Shown: one piece after another, positions 51,901 to 62,414 of the stretch
How positions within the stretch are numbered: the stretch's first letter is position 1
Layout: each line of letters starts with the position of its first letter
Made by a program: the position numbers and the translations under genes
Assembly (NCBI GenBank): GCA_041746575.1
Contig: JBGTGT010000085.1
Span: 1-64,000, forward strand
Direction: 5' to 3'
DNA length: 64,000 nt
DNA from: Microcystaceae cyanobacterium
GTDB taxonomy: Bacteria; Cyanobacteriota; Cyanobacteriia; Cyanobacteriales; Microcystaceae
Notes under the pieces: model-generated
What the model was told of the DNA's origin: nothing
What the model saw: only the letters and a program-made list of their open reading frames with translations
Database searches by the model: none

Positions 51901-53913
51901 TTACTTAGCAAAAAATAAAGCAAAATCCAAACTTTCCTTAATTTTCTTCTTCTTCTGATGTTTCGCTTCATAAAGGGCTTGATCGGCTTGATAAATCAGA
52001 TGGGAAGGATGAGTTTCTAGAGAAGGAATAAGCGTGGCAATTCCCATACTCAACGTGACATATTCAGTGGCGGTTGAAGCTTCATGCGGTATGCGTAATT
52101 GATGAAGATGGTATCTTAAGCGTTGTGCCACTTGGATAGCCCCTTGTTGATGGGTATTGGGTAAAATAATCGCAAATTCTTCGCCCCCATGTCGAGCGAC
52201 TAAATCCGTCGGTCGTCTAGCCACTTGTTGCAATGCTCGCGCCACCTGAATTAAGCACTGATCGCCTGCCGGATGTCCATAAGTATCATTATATTGTTTG
52301 AAGTCATCTACGTCGCAGAAAATAAGAGACAGGGGAGATTGTTCACGGGTTAAACGTTGCCATTCTCGGTCGATATGCCGTTCAAAGCAGTAACGATTAG
52401 CAATTTGAGTCAAGGCATCAATCAAGGCGAGATTTTGAATATTTTGGTGCAGTTGAGCTTGATGAATTGCAATAGCCAATTGATTAGCCAGTTGAATCAG
52501 TAAATCTTCCTCAAAGGGTTGCCACTGACGAATATCTCGACAATGATGGGCAATTAATAAACCCCACGCTTGATCATTTTGGAGAACGGGAACCCCTATC
52601 TTAGCGTGAACGTGCAACCATTCTAATAATTCCAAGTGATGAGGACTTAAATTTGCTTCATCAATATCCGCAATTTTACAAACTCCCCCCTGACAAGAAA
52701 AGATACTTTGAATATTTGATAAATGAGAATCAACAAATTCAAAATTAAGGATTGATTGCCATTGAGGGAGAACGGACTCCGCGACAATAATGCCACCTCC
52801 ATCATTATTTAAACGATAAATAATTACCCGATCAGTATCTAAAAATTTTCGTACTTCTGTCACGGTTGTCTGAAGAATTTGTGCAACATCAAGGGATCGA
52901 TGAATACTTTGTGTAATTTGTTGCACCAAGTTTTGTTTATAAATTTGCTGTTGAAAGTTTTGTTCGGCTTTTTTGTAGTCAGTAATATCTTCAAAAAAAG
53001 TAACAACGGCATGAGGCTGGGAAGAAGGGGGATGAAAAAGGGGATGAGAATTAACTAAAAGCCACGTTATATTCTCGTTAGATTGATAAACTCCCATAAC
53101 AACATTAATTTGTGGTTTCCCTGTTTTTAAGCTAACAGTTGGGGGATAATTTTCAGGTAAAAAGGGATTTTCATGGGTATCTATGGCTTGCCAACGAGGA
53201 TCAAAGGAAGTGAGTTGTTTAATCTCTTGCTTCGTTACATTTAACAGCCGTTCTGCATTTTCATTGCTAACAATCACTTGCCCCGTTTGGTTTTGGAAAA
53301 TAATCCCTTCGGTCATCGTATCAATAATTGAACGATAGCATTCTTCCCGATTTATTAACGCTTCTTTTTGGGGAAATTTATCCAGAGTAATGCCTGTTTG
53401 CACGATCATTTGTTGGACAATTTTGATGTCCAAATCCGTCCAGCGACAGGGTTGCTGACACTGATGCACAATGAATAATCCCCACAATTGATGATTCGGG
53501 GGATAACCCAAAATAATCGGAATCACTAAATTGGCTCGAACTTGAAGGCTCTTCAACAAATCAATATGACAGGATTCGAGGGAAATTAAGTCAATATCTT
53601 CAATTTTACTAATTCTTCCCATGCGGTAGGGTTCAATCCACTTTTCTTGAAAACAGGGATCGTGGATCATTCTGCCTAGAATTGGCACGATATTTTCTGA
53701 AACAGACTCTGCAATAATAGCACCATCTCCATTCGGCAGCAGTTGATATATTAAGCTACGGTCAGCATCTAAAAGATTTCGCGCGGTTTGGCTAGTAATA
53801 TTTAAAATTTCTAAAATATCCTCTTTTTGATGGATTAAGAGGGTGAATTGCGTTAACTGATCGAAGATATCTTCTAATCTCCTCTCCAGTCTTTTTGAAG
53901 GAGGAATGGGCAT
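51901..53913 (-). CDS. GAF-PAS-GAF-GGDEF diguanylate cyclase with a cyanobacteriochrome-type GAF
   Basis: GAF1 has DPCF and CH; PAS domain; GAF2; DALTQIANR, DVDDFKQYND, RPTD I-site and GGEEF. Confidence 0.9.
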   Translation of the reverse strand: MPIPPSKRLERRLEDIFDQLTQFTLLIHQKEDILEILNITSQTARNLLDADRSLIYQLLPNGDGAIIAESVSENIVPILGRMIHDPCFQEKWIEPYRMGRISKIEDIDLISLESCHIDLLKSLQVRANLVIPIILGYPPNHQLWGLFIVHQCQQPCRWTDLDIKIVQQMIVQTGITLDKFPQKEALINREECYRSIIDTMTEGIIFQNQTGQVIVSNENAERLLNVTKQEIKQLTSFDPRWQAIDTHENPFLPENYPPTVSLKTGKPQINVVMGVYQSNENITWLLVNSHPLFHPPSSQPHAVVTFFEDITDYKKAEQNFQQQIYKQNLVQQITQSIHRSLDVAQILQTTVTEVRKFLDTDRVIIYRLNNDGGGIIVAESVLPQWQSILNFEFVDSHLSNIQSIFSCQGGVCKIADIDEANLSPHHLELLEWLHVHAKIGVPVLQNDQAWGLLIAHHCRDIRQWQPFEEDLLIQLANQLAIAIHQAQLHQNIQNLALIDALTQIANRYCFERHIDREWQRLTREQSPLSLIFCDVDDFKQYNDTYGHPAGDQCLIQVARALQQVARRPTDLVARHGGEEFAIILPNTHQQGAIQVAQRLRYHLHQLRIPHEASTATEYVTLSMGIATLIPSLETHPSHLIYQADQALYEAKHQKKKKIKESLDFALFFAK

Positions 53914-54031
53914 CGCTAGGGTAAGCCTGTAGGAATACCCACCATTATATGATGATAACTTGAAATTGTGTAAATTGCTTTAAATTATACGTCTCAAGCA
54001 TTATATATTGAGCAATAAAAATAGAAAATAA

Positions 54032-54925
54032 CTAGGGTTTTCTTGAAAAAAAGCTAAAGTTTAAAATAGCTTGAGCCACCCATTCAGGCTTTTCTAAATG
54101 AGGAACGTGACCACAATTTTCTACCCATATAAATTGATGATTGGGTAATATTCTTTGAAATTTATACGCCGACTTTGTGCCGAGAATTTTATCTTGTTTC
54201 CCCCACAAAACAAGGGTAGATTGTGATAAATTCTGTAACGCTTTGGCATAAGAGCCATAACCCCCGCTTTTTGTAAACGAAATTAAGGTTTCACTCCAGC
54301 CTTGACAATTCAAATGTAATCCTGCACAAATTTGAGCATCCTGACTGGCAAAGGTTTTATCATAATAAGCTGATTCGCTAATTTTTTGCCTCACTTTAGC
54401 ATTGCCCAAAAAAGCAGTCGCCCAGCGATCAAGGGGAGAAAACATAAATCTGCCGATGATAGGGGGACTCTCCAAACCTGCACTATCAATTAATACTAAT
54501 TTTTTGACAATTTCAGGATAATTTAACGCAAAATCAATAGCAGTTGCTCCGCCCATTGAAGCCCCCACCAGAATGACGGGTTTTTGAATTAAGGTTTTCC
54601 AAACATAATAAAGATGGGTTTTAATGGTAGTAGGAGAAATGTTTAAATGAGCCTTTCTTTCGGTAAAGCCAAACCCCAATAAATCGACTGCCCACGTTTC
54701 AGTTTCTTGAGATAATAAAGGAAACAAACGACGAAACTCTAATAAAGAACTATCAAACCCATGAATCAGTAAAATAGGAATTTCTCCCTGTCCTTGGCGT
54801 ATCGTTGTCGTAATAATTGGTTCAGAATCAAGCGGTGTTGCAATGGCTTGAAAAGTTAGCTTTTTGACGAAGTCAACAGACGTATCTTCAGTTAATCGAT
54901 GGGTCGCTGGATAGTTCAGTAACAT
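54032..54925 (-). CDS. Alpha/beta fold hydrolase
   Basis: IHGFDSS, DLLGFG, GASMGG and GHVPHLE motifs. Confidence 0.9.
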   Translation of the reverse strand: MLLNYPATHRLTEDTSVDFVKKLTFQAIATPLDSEPIITTTIRQGQGEIPILLIHGFDSSLLEFRRLFPLLSQETETWAVDLLGFGFTERKAHLNISPTTIKTHLYYVWKTLIQKPVILVGASMGGATAIDFALNYPEIVKKLVLIDSAGLESPPIIGRFMFSPLDRWATAFLGNAKVRQKISESAYYDKTFASQDAQICAGLHLNCQGWSETLISFTKSGGYGSYAKALQNLSQSTLVLWGKQDKILGTKSAYKFQRILPNHQFIWVENCGHVPHLEKPEWVAQAILNFSFFSRKP

Positions 54926-55147
54926 AATAAACGGTCACGTTTTTAATAATATTATGTTGAATGCTTTATTGACCTCAATAGCTTATCATATTCAGTAGAG
55001 TGTCCTCTCCCCATCCCAACGATATCCCTTCTATCTACTACGGCGATCGCTCAATAAGATTTAGTCTTTATAATAGCCGATTCAGTCATTCCCCTCTGCC
55101 TTTTCTCAGGGTGTAAAAGGGTAAAATAGAAAAAAATCTCTAATCGA

Positions 55148-56428
55148 ATGACCCTAACTCTTTCTTCAAATATCCGCACGCAAACACCGACAATGGTTCA
55201 ACATTCGAGTGGGATGACGATTATTGCAGAGCAAGTTCCCATTGATGTGGTCAATCTTAATCTTTGGTTTCAAGTCGGCTCTGTCTGTGAGAGTGATAAT
55301 ATTAACGGCATGGCGCATTTCTTAGAACATATGATGTTTAAAGGCACACCAAGTCTTGAAAGTGGTAAATTTGAGCAAAAAATAGAAGAGCGTGGTGGTA
55401 TCACCAATGCCGCCACCAGCCTAGAATACACCCATTATTATTTAACCTGTGCGCCCCAAGATTTTCAGGAATTAACCCCGTATCAGCTAGATATTGTCTG
55501 TAATCCGATTATTCCTGATGAGGCGTTTGCACGGGAACGCTCAGTCGTGTTAGAAGAAATTAGACGTTCTGAAGATAATCCCCGTCGTCGTCTTTACTAC
55601 GGAGCAATGGAAATCTGTTTTGAGCATTTACCCTACCGAAGACCCGTTTTAGGCACAATTCCCCTAATTGAAGCCTTGAAGCCTCAGCAGATGCGGGATT
55701 TTCATCAATGTTGGTATCAACCTTCTGCTTTAACCGCAGTAGCAGTGGGAAATTTGCCTGTAGAGCAGTTAATTGACAGCATTAGTGCCAGTTTTCAAAA
55801 ATTATATCGTCAAAATCCTTCCTCTTTTTCCGCTCACCTGCCTTACTTTCAACCGGAAACCCCTTTTGGTAAAATTATCCGTCAAGAAGAAAGCGATGAC
55901 CGTTTGCAACAAGCACGCTTAGTCATGATGTGGCGTGTACCGGGGTTGACGGCTCTCGCAGAAACCTACGGCTTAGACGTATTAGCTGTAATATTAGGAC
56001 AAGGGAAGCTATCTCGCTTATTTCGCACATTAAGAGAAGAAAAAGGCTTTGTTTCCTCGATCAGTGCCAGTAATATTACACAAAAGGTTCAAGGGACTTT
56101 TTCCATTTCTGCCCAATTGCCCAGCGAAAATCTGGCTATAGTAGAACAGGCGATTGTCGAAGAAATTCGGCGCATTCAAGAGAATGGCATTCAACCCGCA
56201 GAATTACAGCGAGTTTGTACCCAAGTCGCTCACCGTTTTATTTTCAATAGCGAACGTCCCAGCGATCGCGCTAATCTCTACGGTTATTATTATTCCCAAT
56301 TACAAACCCTAGAACCTGCCTTAACCTATCCTCAAATCATTGAATCTTTAACCCCAGAACTGATTCAAAAGACTGCGCAACGCTATCTTCTGCCTGAGGC
56401 TTATGGTATTTTTATTTTACGTCCCTAG
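55148..56428 (+). CDS. M16 (pitrilysin) family zinc peptidase
   Basis: HFLEHMMFKGT (HxxEH), NAATS and SRLF..LRE motifs. Confidence 0.92.
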   Translation: MTLTLSSNIRTQTPTMVQHSSGMTIIAEQVPIDVVNLNLWFQVGSVCESDNINGMAHFLEHMMFKGTPSLESGKFEQKIEERGGITNAATSLEYTHYYLTCAPQDFQELTPYQLDIVCNPIIPDEAFARERSVVLEEIRRSEDNPRRRLYYGAMEICFEHLPYRRPVLGTIPLIEALKPQQMRDFHQCWYQPSALTAVAVGNLPVEQLIDSISASFQKLYRQNPSSFSAHLPYFQPETPFGKIIRQEESDDRLQQARLVMMWRVPGLTALAETYGLDVLAVILGQGKLSRLFRTLREEKGFVSSISASNITQKVQGTFSISAQLPSENLAIVEQAIVEEIRRIQENGIQPAELQRVCTQVAHRFIFNSERPSDRANLYGYYYSQLQTLEPALTYPQIIESLTPELIQKTAQRYLLPEAYGIFILRP

Positions 56429-56440
56429 CGTCAATCAATA

Positions 56441-57178
56441 TTATTCAATTAATCCTGAGCGTAAAGCACGAACAGCCGCTTGAGTGCGATCATCGACACA
56501 AAGCTTATTTAAAATATTACGCACATGGGTTTTAACCGTTCCTACGGTGATGTAAAGTTTCTCGGCAATTTGAGCATTATTACACCCAGCCACAATTAAT
56601 GCCAACACATCCATTTCTCGCTCAGTCAGAGGATAGGTTTCGATGATTTGTTGAGCATCGGCGTCGAGGGATTCTATCTCAATTCTTTGGCGATTTTCTG
56701 AGGTATCTTGATCAAGCGAATGGGTTGTTAAAATGGGTTCAGATTGACGCGCTTGCTGCAGTACGATACGGGCGATAGTGGGATCAATCCAAGCATTTCC
56801 TTCATTGGTGGTTTGAATCGCTTGCACTAAACTCTTGAGGTCAATGTCTTTAAGTGCGTAGGAATCTGCTCCCGCTGCAAAAGCCGCCAAAACCGAATCT
56901 TCTGTCTTGTGCATGGTTAAAATTAAAACTTTAACCTCAGATAGCGAAGAATCCTCGTCTCGTTTGATTTTTTGAGTTAATTCAATGCCGTCAATATCCG
57001 GCAAGCCAATATCTACTAAAGCGACATCCGGCTTGAGCTGAGAAATGAGACTTAAACCTTGAAGTCCATTAGCCGCCTCCCCAATGACTTTGATCTGTTG
57101 GTGTTGTTGTAGGGCGGCACTTAATCCAATGCGACTCAGATCGTGATCTTCAACTAAAACGACGCTAATCTCACCCAT
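56441..57178 (-). CDS. NarL/LuxR family response regulator
   Basis: REC domain (VEDH, VDIGLP) and LuxR HTH (LTERE...TVKTHVRNIL). Confidence 0.93.
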   Translation of the reverse strand: MGEISVVLVEDHDLSRIGLSAALQQHQQIKVIGEAANGLQGLSLISQLKPDVALVDIGLPDIDGIELTQKIKRDEDSSLSEVKVLILTMHKTEDSVLAAFAAGADSYALKDIDLKSLVQAIQTTNEGNAWIDPTIARIVLQQARQSEPILTTHSLDQDTSENRQRIEIESLDADAQQIIETYPLTEREMDVLALIVAGCNNAQIAEKLYITVGTVKTHVRNILNKLCVDDRTQAAVRALRSGLIE

Positions 57179-57385
57179 AGGTTAGTTATTTTTTTTATTA
57201 ATCTTACTATAGGCTTAATCATAAAGGACTGAATGGAATAAATCATCCCTCTCTTGTGAGATTTTTCTCCCCTAATTTCAGGTTGAAGTCAGTCGATTAA
57301 AATGATCGAAGAGGGAAATTTTTAGACGCTCTAATCAACAACCCTGTGTCTCCTCAGCAGAAAACCCTTAACATCTAACACCACA

Positions 57386-59827
57386 ATGACTATTCTCAAC
57401 GAATTGATTCCATTTTTAACCCTTGCCTTTATGCCTCACGGAGCGTGTTATTTTTGGCAACCGAGTTTGGTGGGATTGCATTTGGGAAGTAATGGAATTA
57501 TTGCCATCTCCTATTTTTCTATCCCCTTTACCTTAATCTATTTAGTCCGTAAACGGCAGGATTTACCTTTCAATGGCTTATTTTTTCTTTTTGCGGCGTT
57601 TATTGTCTTTTGTGGTTTGGGGCATCTAATGGATATCTGGACGCTATGGTATCCCAATTACTGGGTTTCGGGTGTAATTAGGGCAATTACGGCAATCGTT
57701 TCTTTCTTAACTGCAATTTCTTTAATTAGATTAAGCTCTCGAATTTTGGCTTTACCCAGTTCCACCCAACTTGAACAGGAGATAGAGGAGCGAAAACTGG
57801 CAGAAACAGCTTTACAAGAAAGTCAAAGACGTTTCAAAGCAATTTTTAATCAAACTTTTCAAATGATGGGCTTATTGACGCCAGAGGGAAACATTTTATC
57901 GGTTAATCAAACGGCCTTGAATTTTATGGCAGTTGCGCATAAAGAGATAGAAAATCTTCCTTTTTGGGAGTTACCCGGCTGGAAACAGTGTCATGCTCAA
58001 ATCAAAGCGGCGATTCAATCTGTTAGTAAGTCGGGCAACTGGATTCGGCTAGAATTACAATGGGTGACCGATACACCTACGACCTTTGATGTTTCTTTCA
58101 AACCGCTCCTAGACGAGGCGGGAAATATCGAATTAATGATTGCAGAAGGCCGAGATATTCATCAACGTAAGCAAGCAGAAGCGAAATTATACCAGCTAAA
58201 TCAAGAACTAGAGGAACGAGTAAAACAACGAACAAAAGCGTTAGAAAAAGCAAATAAGCTTCAACAGAAATCATTAATTCGAGAACGCATTGCCAAGACA
58301 AAAATCAAGATTTACGAGGATATTGTCTTGAGTATTCCTATTGGACTCACCATTTGGCATTTAGAAAATCTAGATGAAACCGACAGTTTTCGCCTAATTG
58401 ACGTTAACCCAATGGCGATGGATATTTTACAGTTAAGCCGAGAAAAACACATTGGACAGCGAATGGTGGACTGTTTTCCTAATGTTTGGAGTTCTTCTCA
58501 CCAAAGAGCGATGGAAATGTATGCGGAGGTTGTCCGTACCCAAAAAGCCTTGAGGCTAGGCGACGTCATTTATGATGATCAGCGCATCGGCTCGTTTCAT
58601 TTTGATGTCAAAGCTTTTCCTTTGCCGAATCAATGTGTGGGAATTGCTTTTGAAGATGTTACGGAGCGCAAAAAAGTAGAAAAGGCCTTAGTGATAAGTA
58701 CCCGTCGTTACCGTCAAGTCGTCAATAGTGTGAATGAGGTGATCTTCCAATTGGATCAAGCAGGAAATTGGACATTTTTAAACCCTGCTTGGACAAAAAT
58801 CACGGGTTATCCGATTATTGATACTTTGAATCATTCTTTTAGCGAATTTATTATAGATGCTTCCCAAAAAGAAGTCATTGAACACCTTTTCCAAGGATTA
58901 ATTACCGAAGAAGTGACTGCCCTTCACTGTGACTTTCGCAGTTGCAAACAGGAAGGGGAATTCTGTTGGTTAGAAATGAAAGCGCAACGGAATCAAGATT
59001 GGGAAGAAAACAACGAGATCAGCATTTCCGGCACACTAACCGATATTACCGCCCGAAAAGAAGCAGAAATAACCTTAACCGAACGAGCGAAGGAACTCTC
59101 CCACCTGAATACCTTACTCTTTGCGGCAACAGCACAACTCGAAAAACGGAATCAGGAACTTGATCAATTCGCTTATGTGACCTCTCATGATTTAAAAGCC
59201 CCCTTAAGAGCGATCGCCAATCTTTCTGAATGGATTGAAGAAGATATCACCGATTGCTTAACCGAAGAAACCCGACACCATCTTAGCCTCCTCCGACAAC
59301 GGGTACAGCGTTTAGAAAACTTAATTAATGGATTATTAGAATATTCCCGCATTGGTCGTCTAAAATTACCAACTGAATCCGTTAATGTGGCTGTATTTCT
59401 GCAAGAGATCATTGATTCCCTTGCTCCCCTTGACTCCTTTACCTTTAGTATCATCGAAGAAATGCCCACCTTAGTGACAAAACGGTTACTTCTGCAACAG
59501 GTTTTTAGTAATTTAATCAGTAATGCCATTAAACATCATCCTCGCAATGAAGGAAAAATTGAGATTTCTGTCCAAGAACTGGAGAATTATTATGAATTTT
59601 CTGTGAAAGATGACGGCGAAGGCATTGATCCTGCTTATCATCAACGAGTCTTTGAAATTTTCCAAACTTTATTGCCCAGAGATCAAAAGGAAAATACAGG
59701 AATTGGCCTTTCTATCGTTAAAAAAATTGTCGAAACTCAAGGCGGAACAATTAAGCTCAAAAGTAACATCGGAGAGGGAGCTATTTTCTGCTTCACATGG
59801 CCAAAAACAGTTAACAATGATCCGTAA
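57386..59827 (+). CDS. Sensor histidine kinase: ETR1-like 3-TM ethylene-binding domain, PAS domains, HisKA-HATPase
   Basis: SNGIIAISYFSIP and FIVFCGLGHL; SHDLKAPLR, NLISNAIK, DDGEGI and GIGL motifs. Confidence 0.9.
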   Translation: MTILNELIPFLTLAFMPHGACYFWQPSLVGLHLGSNGIIAISYFSIPFTLIYLVRKRQDLPFNGLFFLFAAFIVFCGLGHLMDIWTLWYPNYWVSGVIRAITAIVSFLTAISLIRLSSRILALPSSTQLEQEIEERKLAETALQESQRRFKAIFNQTFQMMGLLTPEGNILSVNQTALNFMAVAHKEIENLPFWELPGWKQCHAQIKAAIQSVSKSGNWIRLELQWVTDTPTTFDVSFKPLLDEAGNIELMIAEGRDIHQRKQAEAKLYQLNQELEERVKQRTKALEKANKLQQKSLIRERIAKTKIKIYEDIVLSIPIGLTIWHLENLDETDSFRLIDVNPMAMDILQLSREKHIGQRMVDCFPNVWSSSHQRAMEMYAEVVRTQKALRLGDVIYDDQRIGSFHFDVKAFPLPNQCVGIAFEDVTERKKVEKALVISTRRYRQVVNSVNEVIFQLDQAGNWTFLNPAWTKITGYPIIDTLNHSFSEFIIDASQKEVIEHLFQGLITEEVTALHCDFRSCKQEGEFCWLEMKAQRNQDWEENNEISISGTLTDITARKEAEITLTERAKELSHLNTLLFAATAQLEKRNQELDQFAYVTSHDLKAPLRAIANLSEWIEEDITDCLTEETRHHLSLLRQRVQRLENLINGLLEYSRIGRLKLPTESVNVAVFLQEIIDSLAPLDSFTFSIIEEMPTLVTKRLLLQQVFSNLISNAIKHHPRNEGKIEISVQELENYYEFSVKDDGEGIDPAYHQRVFEIFQTLLPRDQKENTGIGLSIVKKIVETQGGTIKLKSNIGEGAIFCFTWPKTVNNDP

Positions 59828-59990
59828 AAAATTAATCGATTTGCTAAGAGATTAAACATGAGATCGCGTCACACTGTTACCCTTTAGCAATGAACGATTA
59901 CCCTATTATCACTGAGTAAGCTTGACCCCTGAGTCAGTAAAGAGGGGCAGATTTAAGATAAAATGAAGCATTAAGAATTTTAACGGGTTT

Positions 59991-60641
59991 ATGGTTTCAC
60001 AATTACGGGTTTATGTGCCAGATCATCCCCTTATTAAACATTGGTTAGGGGTTGCCAGAGATGAAAATACGCCGACGGTACTCTTTAAAACAGCAATGAC
60101 TGAACTCGGACGATGGTTAACTTATGAAGCCACCCGTTACTGGTTTCCTATCCTCGAAACCGCCGTTCAAACCCCTTTAGCCGTCGCTCCTGTCACCTTA
60201 ATCAATCCAGAGATACCCATAGCCGTTATTCCCATTTTACGGGCAGGATTAGCCATTTTAGAAGGAGCGCAGACCCTTTTACCCTTATCCGCCACCTATC
60301 ATCTGGGATTAGTACGGGACGAAGAAACCCTCATTGCCCGTTGTTACCTGAACAAATTACCTCATGTCTTTGCCTCAGAAACCCGTATCATCATTTTAGA
60401 ACCCATGTTAGCGACGGGGGGATCGATCATGACAGCGATGGCAGAAATTACGAAACGAGGTGGAAATCCGTCCTTTATGCGGGTAATTTCGGTGGTAGCT
60501 TCTCCTCCTGCCTTGCAACAACTCAGCCAGCATTATCCAGATTTGACGGTCTATACTGCTATTATTGATGAAAAGGTTAACGATAGAGGTTTTATTGTGC
60601 CGGGATTAGGAGATGCTGGAGATCGAGCATTTGGGACTTAA
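59991..60641 (+). CDS. upp: Uracil phosphoribosyltransferase
   Basis: HPLIKH, PILRAGL, PMLATGGS and IVPGLGDAGDRAFGT motifs. Confidence 0.96.
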   Translation: MVSQLRVYVPDHPLIKHWLGVARDENTPTVLFKTAMTELGRWLTYEATRYWFPILETAVQTPLAVAPVTLINPEIPIAVIPILRAGLAILEGAQTLLPLSATYHLGLVRDEETLIARCYLNKLPHVFASETRIIILEPMLATGGSIMTAMAEITKRGGNPSFMRVISVVASPPALQQLSQHYPDLTVYTAIIDEKVNDRGFIVPGLGDAGDRAFGT

Positions 60642-60679
60642 AAAACAAGATTATCGTTGTATGAGAGGAAAGCGTTACG

Positions 60680-60991
60680 ATGAGTCAACAAGATAACTTT
60701 GTCGGTGGTTTTATCTTCGGTGCGATCGCTGGAGGGATTGTTGGGGGTATTGTGGGGGCAGTGGCGGCTTCCCGTCGTCAACAGTTGCCAGAAGAAGAAG
60801 ATTCAGCAAAATTAGCAGAAGGAAAAGGAGGACGACTCAATACAGAGGCAGATATGGAAAAAGCCCGTCGTCGCCTAGAGGATAAAATTGCTCAATTAAA
60901 TTTAGCGATTGACGATGTGCGTCATCAACTCGGCTCAGTTAATGGTACGCCCACAGAGAGGGAAATTTCTCCTGTTAGAGAAGAGGGTTAG
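60680..60991 (+). CDS. Hypothetical protein (Gly-rich TM plus coiled coil)
   Basis: FVGGFIFGAIAGG and ARRRLEDKIAQLN; GAGGA SD. Confidence 0.75.
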   Translation: MSQQDNFVGGFIFGAIAGGIVGGIVGAVAASRRQQLPEEEDSAKLAEGKGGRLNTEADMEKARRRLEDKIAQLNLAIDDVRHQLGSVNGTPTEREISPVREEG

Positions 60992-61117
60992 TCTTTCTGA
61001 AGAGGGAAGGATTACAAAATCCATCCCCGCTAAAATGGCCTTTGCCGTAGCAGAAAACACAGAAAAATTAAATCATTTCGCTATGCTACCTATTATCTAT
61101 TCGGTGGTAGGTTGATT

Positions 61118-62389
61118 ATGGCACAGACTCAGCAATTTTGTTATTTTGAAGGAAATTCCCTTTCCGACTTATTCGCCGAGGATATTCAAGATCATCGCTA
61201 CGGTTTTATTTTGCATTATCCGTCAACCGCCAGTTGGGCAATCTATCCTAATACTAAAAAATACTTTATTCAAGATGGCAGTGATGAAGAGAATAAAACC
61301 TCCTATGATCGAATTTGTCAGAAAGAACCTTGGAAAAATTTAGCTGTTTTAGGCAATAAATTAGGGGGAATTGCCATTCGTTCTCCTCGCAATTTGTTAT
61401 TTGATTATTGGCGAGAGACTTTTGGCTTGACCTACGAAAATGTTGATTTTTTGCAACGTTCCGTGTATCTAGATTATCTCAATCAAAGTCAGGAATATTA
61501 TCAATTAATTACACTTTTTCCCTTTGATGGGTTAAAGCCGGAAAAACACGCGGTTCATCCTGATGTGCATTATGCTTTATTAAGTAAAACCTGTTTAGAG
61601 AAAATTGGTATTTTGACGCCCCCATATCAAACTTATGATTTGCAGAAAGTGAACTTAGATGACGTTAAAATTCCTGATGAATTTCCCTATTTGATTAAAA
61701 CAACCCACGGTCTTTCGGGGGAAGGAACATATATTATTAAAGATAAAAGCGATTTAGACTATTGCTGGCGAGAGTTGAATAAATATCTTGAAGTAGGGTT
61801 AATTAGAGAAATAATTGTCTCTGAATTTGTCAAAGATGTTAGACAGAATTATTGTGTTCAGTTTTATATAAGTCAATCCGGAAAAATCACCTTAATCGGG
61901 GCAACCAGTCAATTAGTGAGTCCCGAAGGACGGTTTCTAGGCGGGGTAATCGACTATCGAGAAACCGATATGAGTCACTTTTTTTCAGAAATTGCTATGA
62001 TTGGGAACTATGCCCATCAAAAAGGTTATTTTGGTGTAATTGGTGTGGATATTTTAGAAGATAAATTGGGGAACTTACACGTCATTGATATTAATTTTCG
62101 GGTCAATGGTTCGACCCCTTTATGTTTACAACGTCACCTTTTATTAAAGGAAGGAAGAGCAGTGGCTAAATATTCAGGGGATTATCAAATGCAGGGAACC
62201 CTAGAGTCAGTTTTAGAAACCTTGAAAACGGAATTAAAAAACAAAGACTTTATGATTCTTTCTGCCCTCGAAAAAGTCAATTATGGCAAAATTTATTGTG
62301 AAATTTATGGAATTGTCACAGGAGAAACGGTCGAAAAAATGGAAGCAACAGAGGAAAAATTGCAGGAAAAAGGCTTAAAGATTTTGTAA
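61118..62389 (+). CDS. ATP-grasp domain protein
   Basis: PYLIK..HGLSGEG, VSEFV and GVD...IDINFRVNGS motifs. Confidence 0.8.
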   Translation: MAQTQQFCYFEGNSLSDLFAEDIQDHRYGFILHYPSTASWAIYPNTKKYFIQDGSDEENKTSYDRICQKEPWKNLAVLGNKLGGIAIRSPRNLLFDYWRETFGLTYENVDFLQRSVYLDYLNQSQEYYQLITLFPFDGLKPEKHAVHPDVHYALLSKTCLEKIGILTPPYQTYDLQKVNLDDVKIPDEFPYLIKTTHGLSGEGTYIIKDKSDLDYCWRELNKYLEVGLIREIIVSEFVKDVRQNYCVQFYISQSGKITLIGATSQLVSPEGRFLGGVIDYRETDMSHFFSEIAMIGNYAHQKGYFGVIGVDILEDKLGNLHVIDINFRVNGSTPLCLQRHLLLKEGRAVAKYSGDYQMQGTLESVLETLKTELKNKDFMILSALEKVNYGKIYCEIYGIVTGETVEKMEATEEKLQEKGLKIL

Positions 62390-62414
62390 TTTTACTGACT
62401 TAATCAATTTAGCT

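Larger units (their letters stand above)
266..60729. repeat. HIP1 octamer GCGATCGC, dispersed
   Basis: More than 20 copies seen by eye (e.g. 266, 5680, 21731, 35699, 55043, 60722); a hallmark of many cyanobacterial genomes. Confidence 0.9.

Noticed and set aside
51541..51971. 125-aa and 97-aa ORFs on opposite strands
   Set aside because: Chance read-through of MITE copy 2; no transposase motifs.
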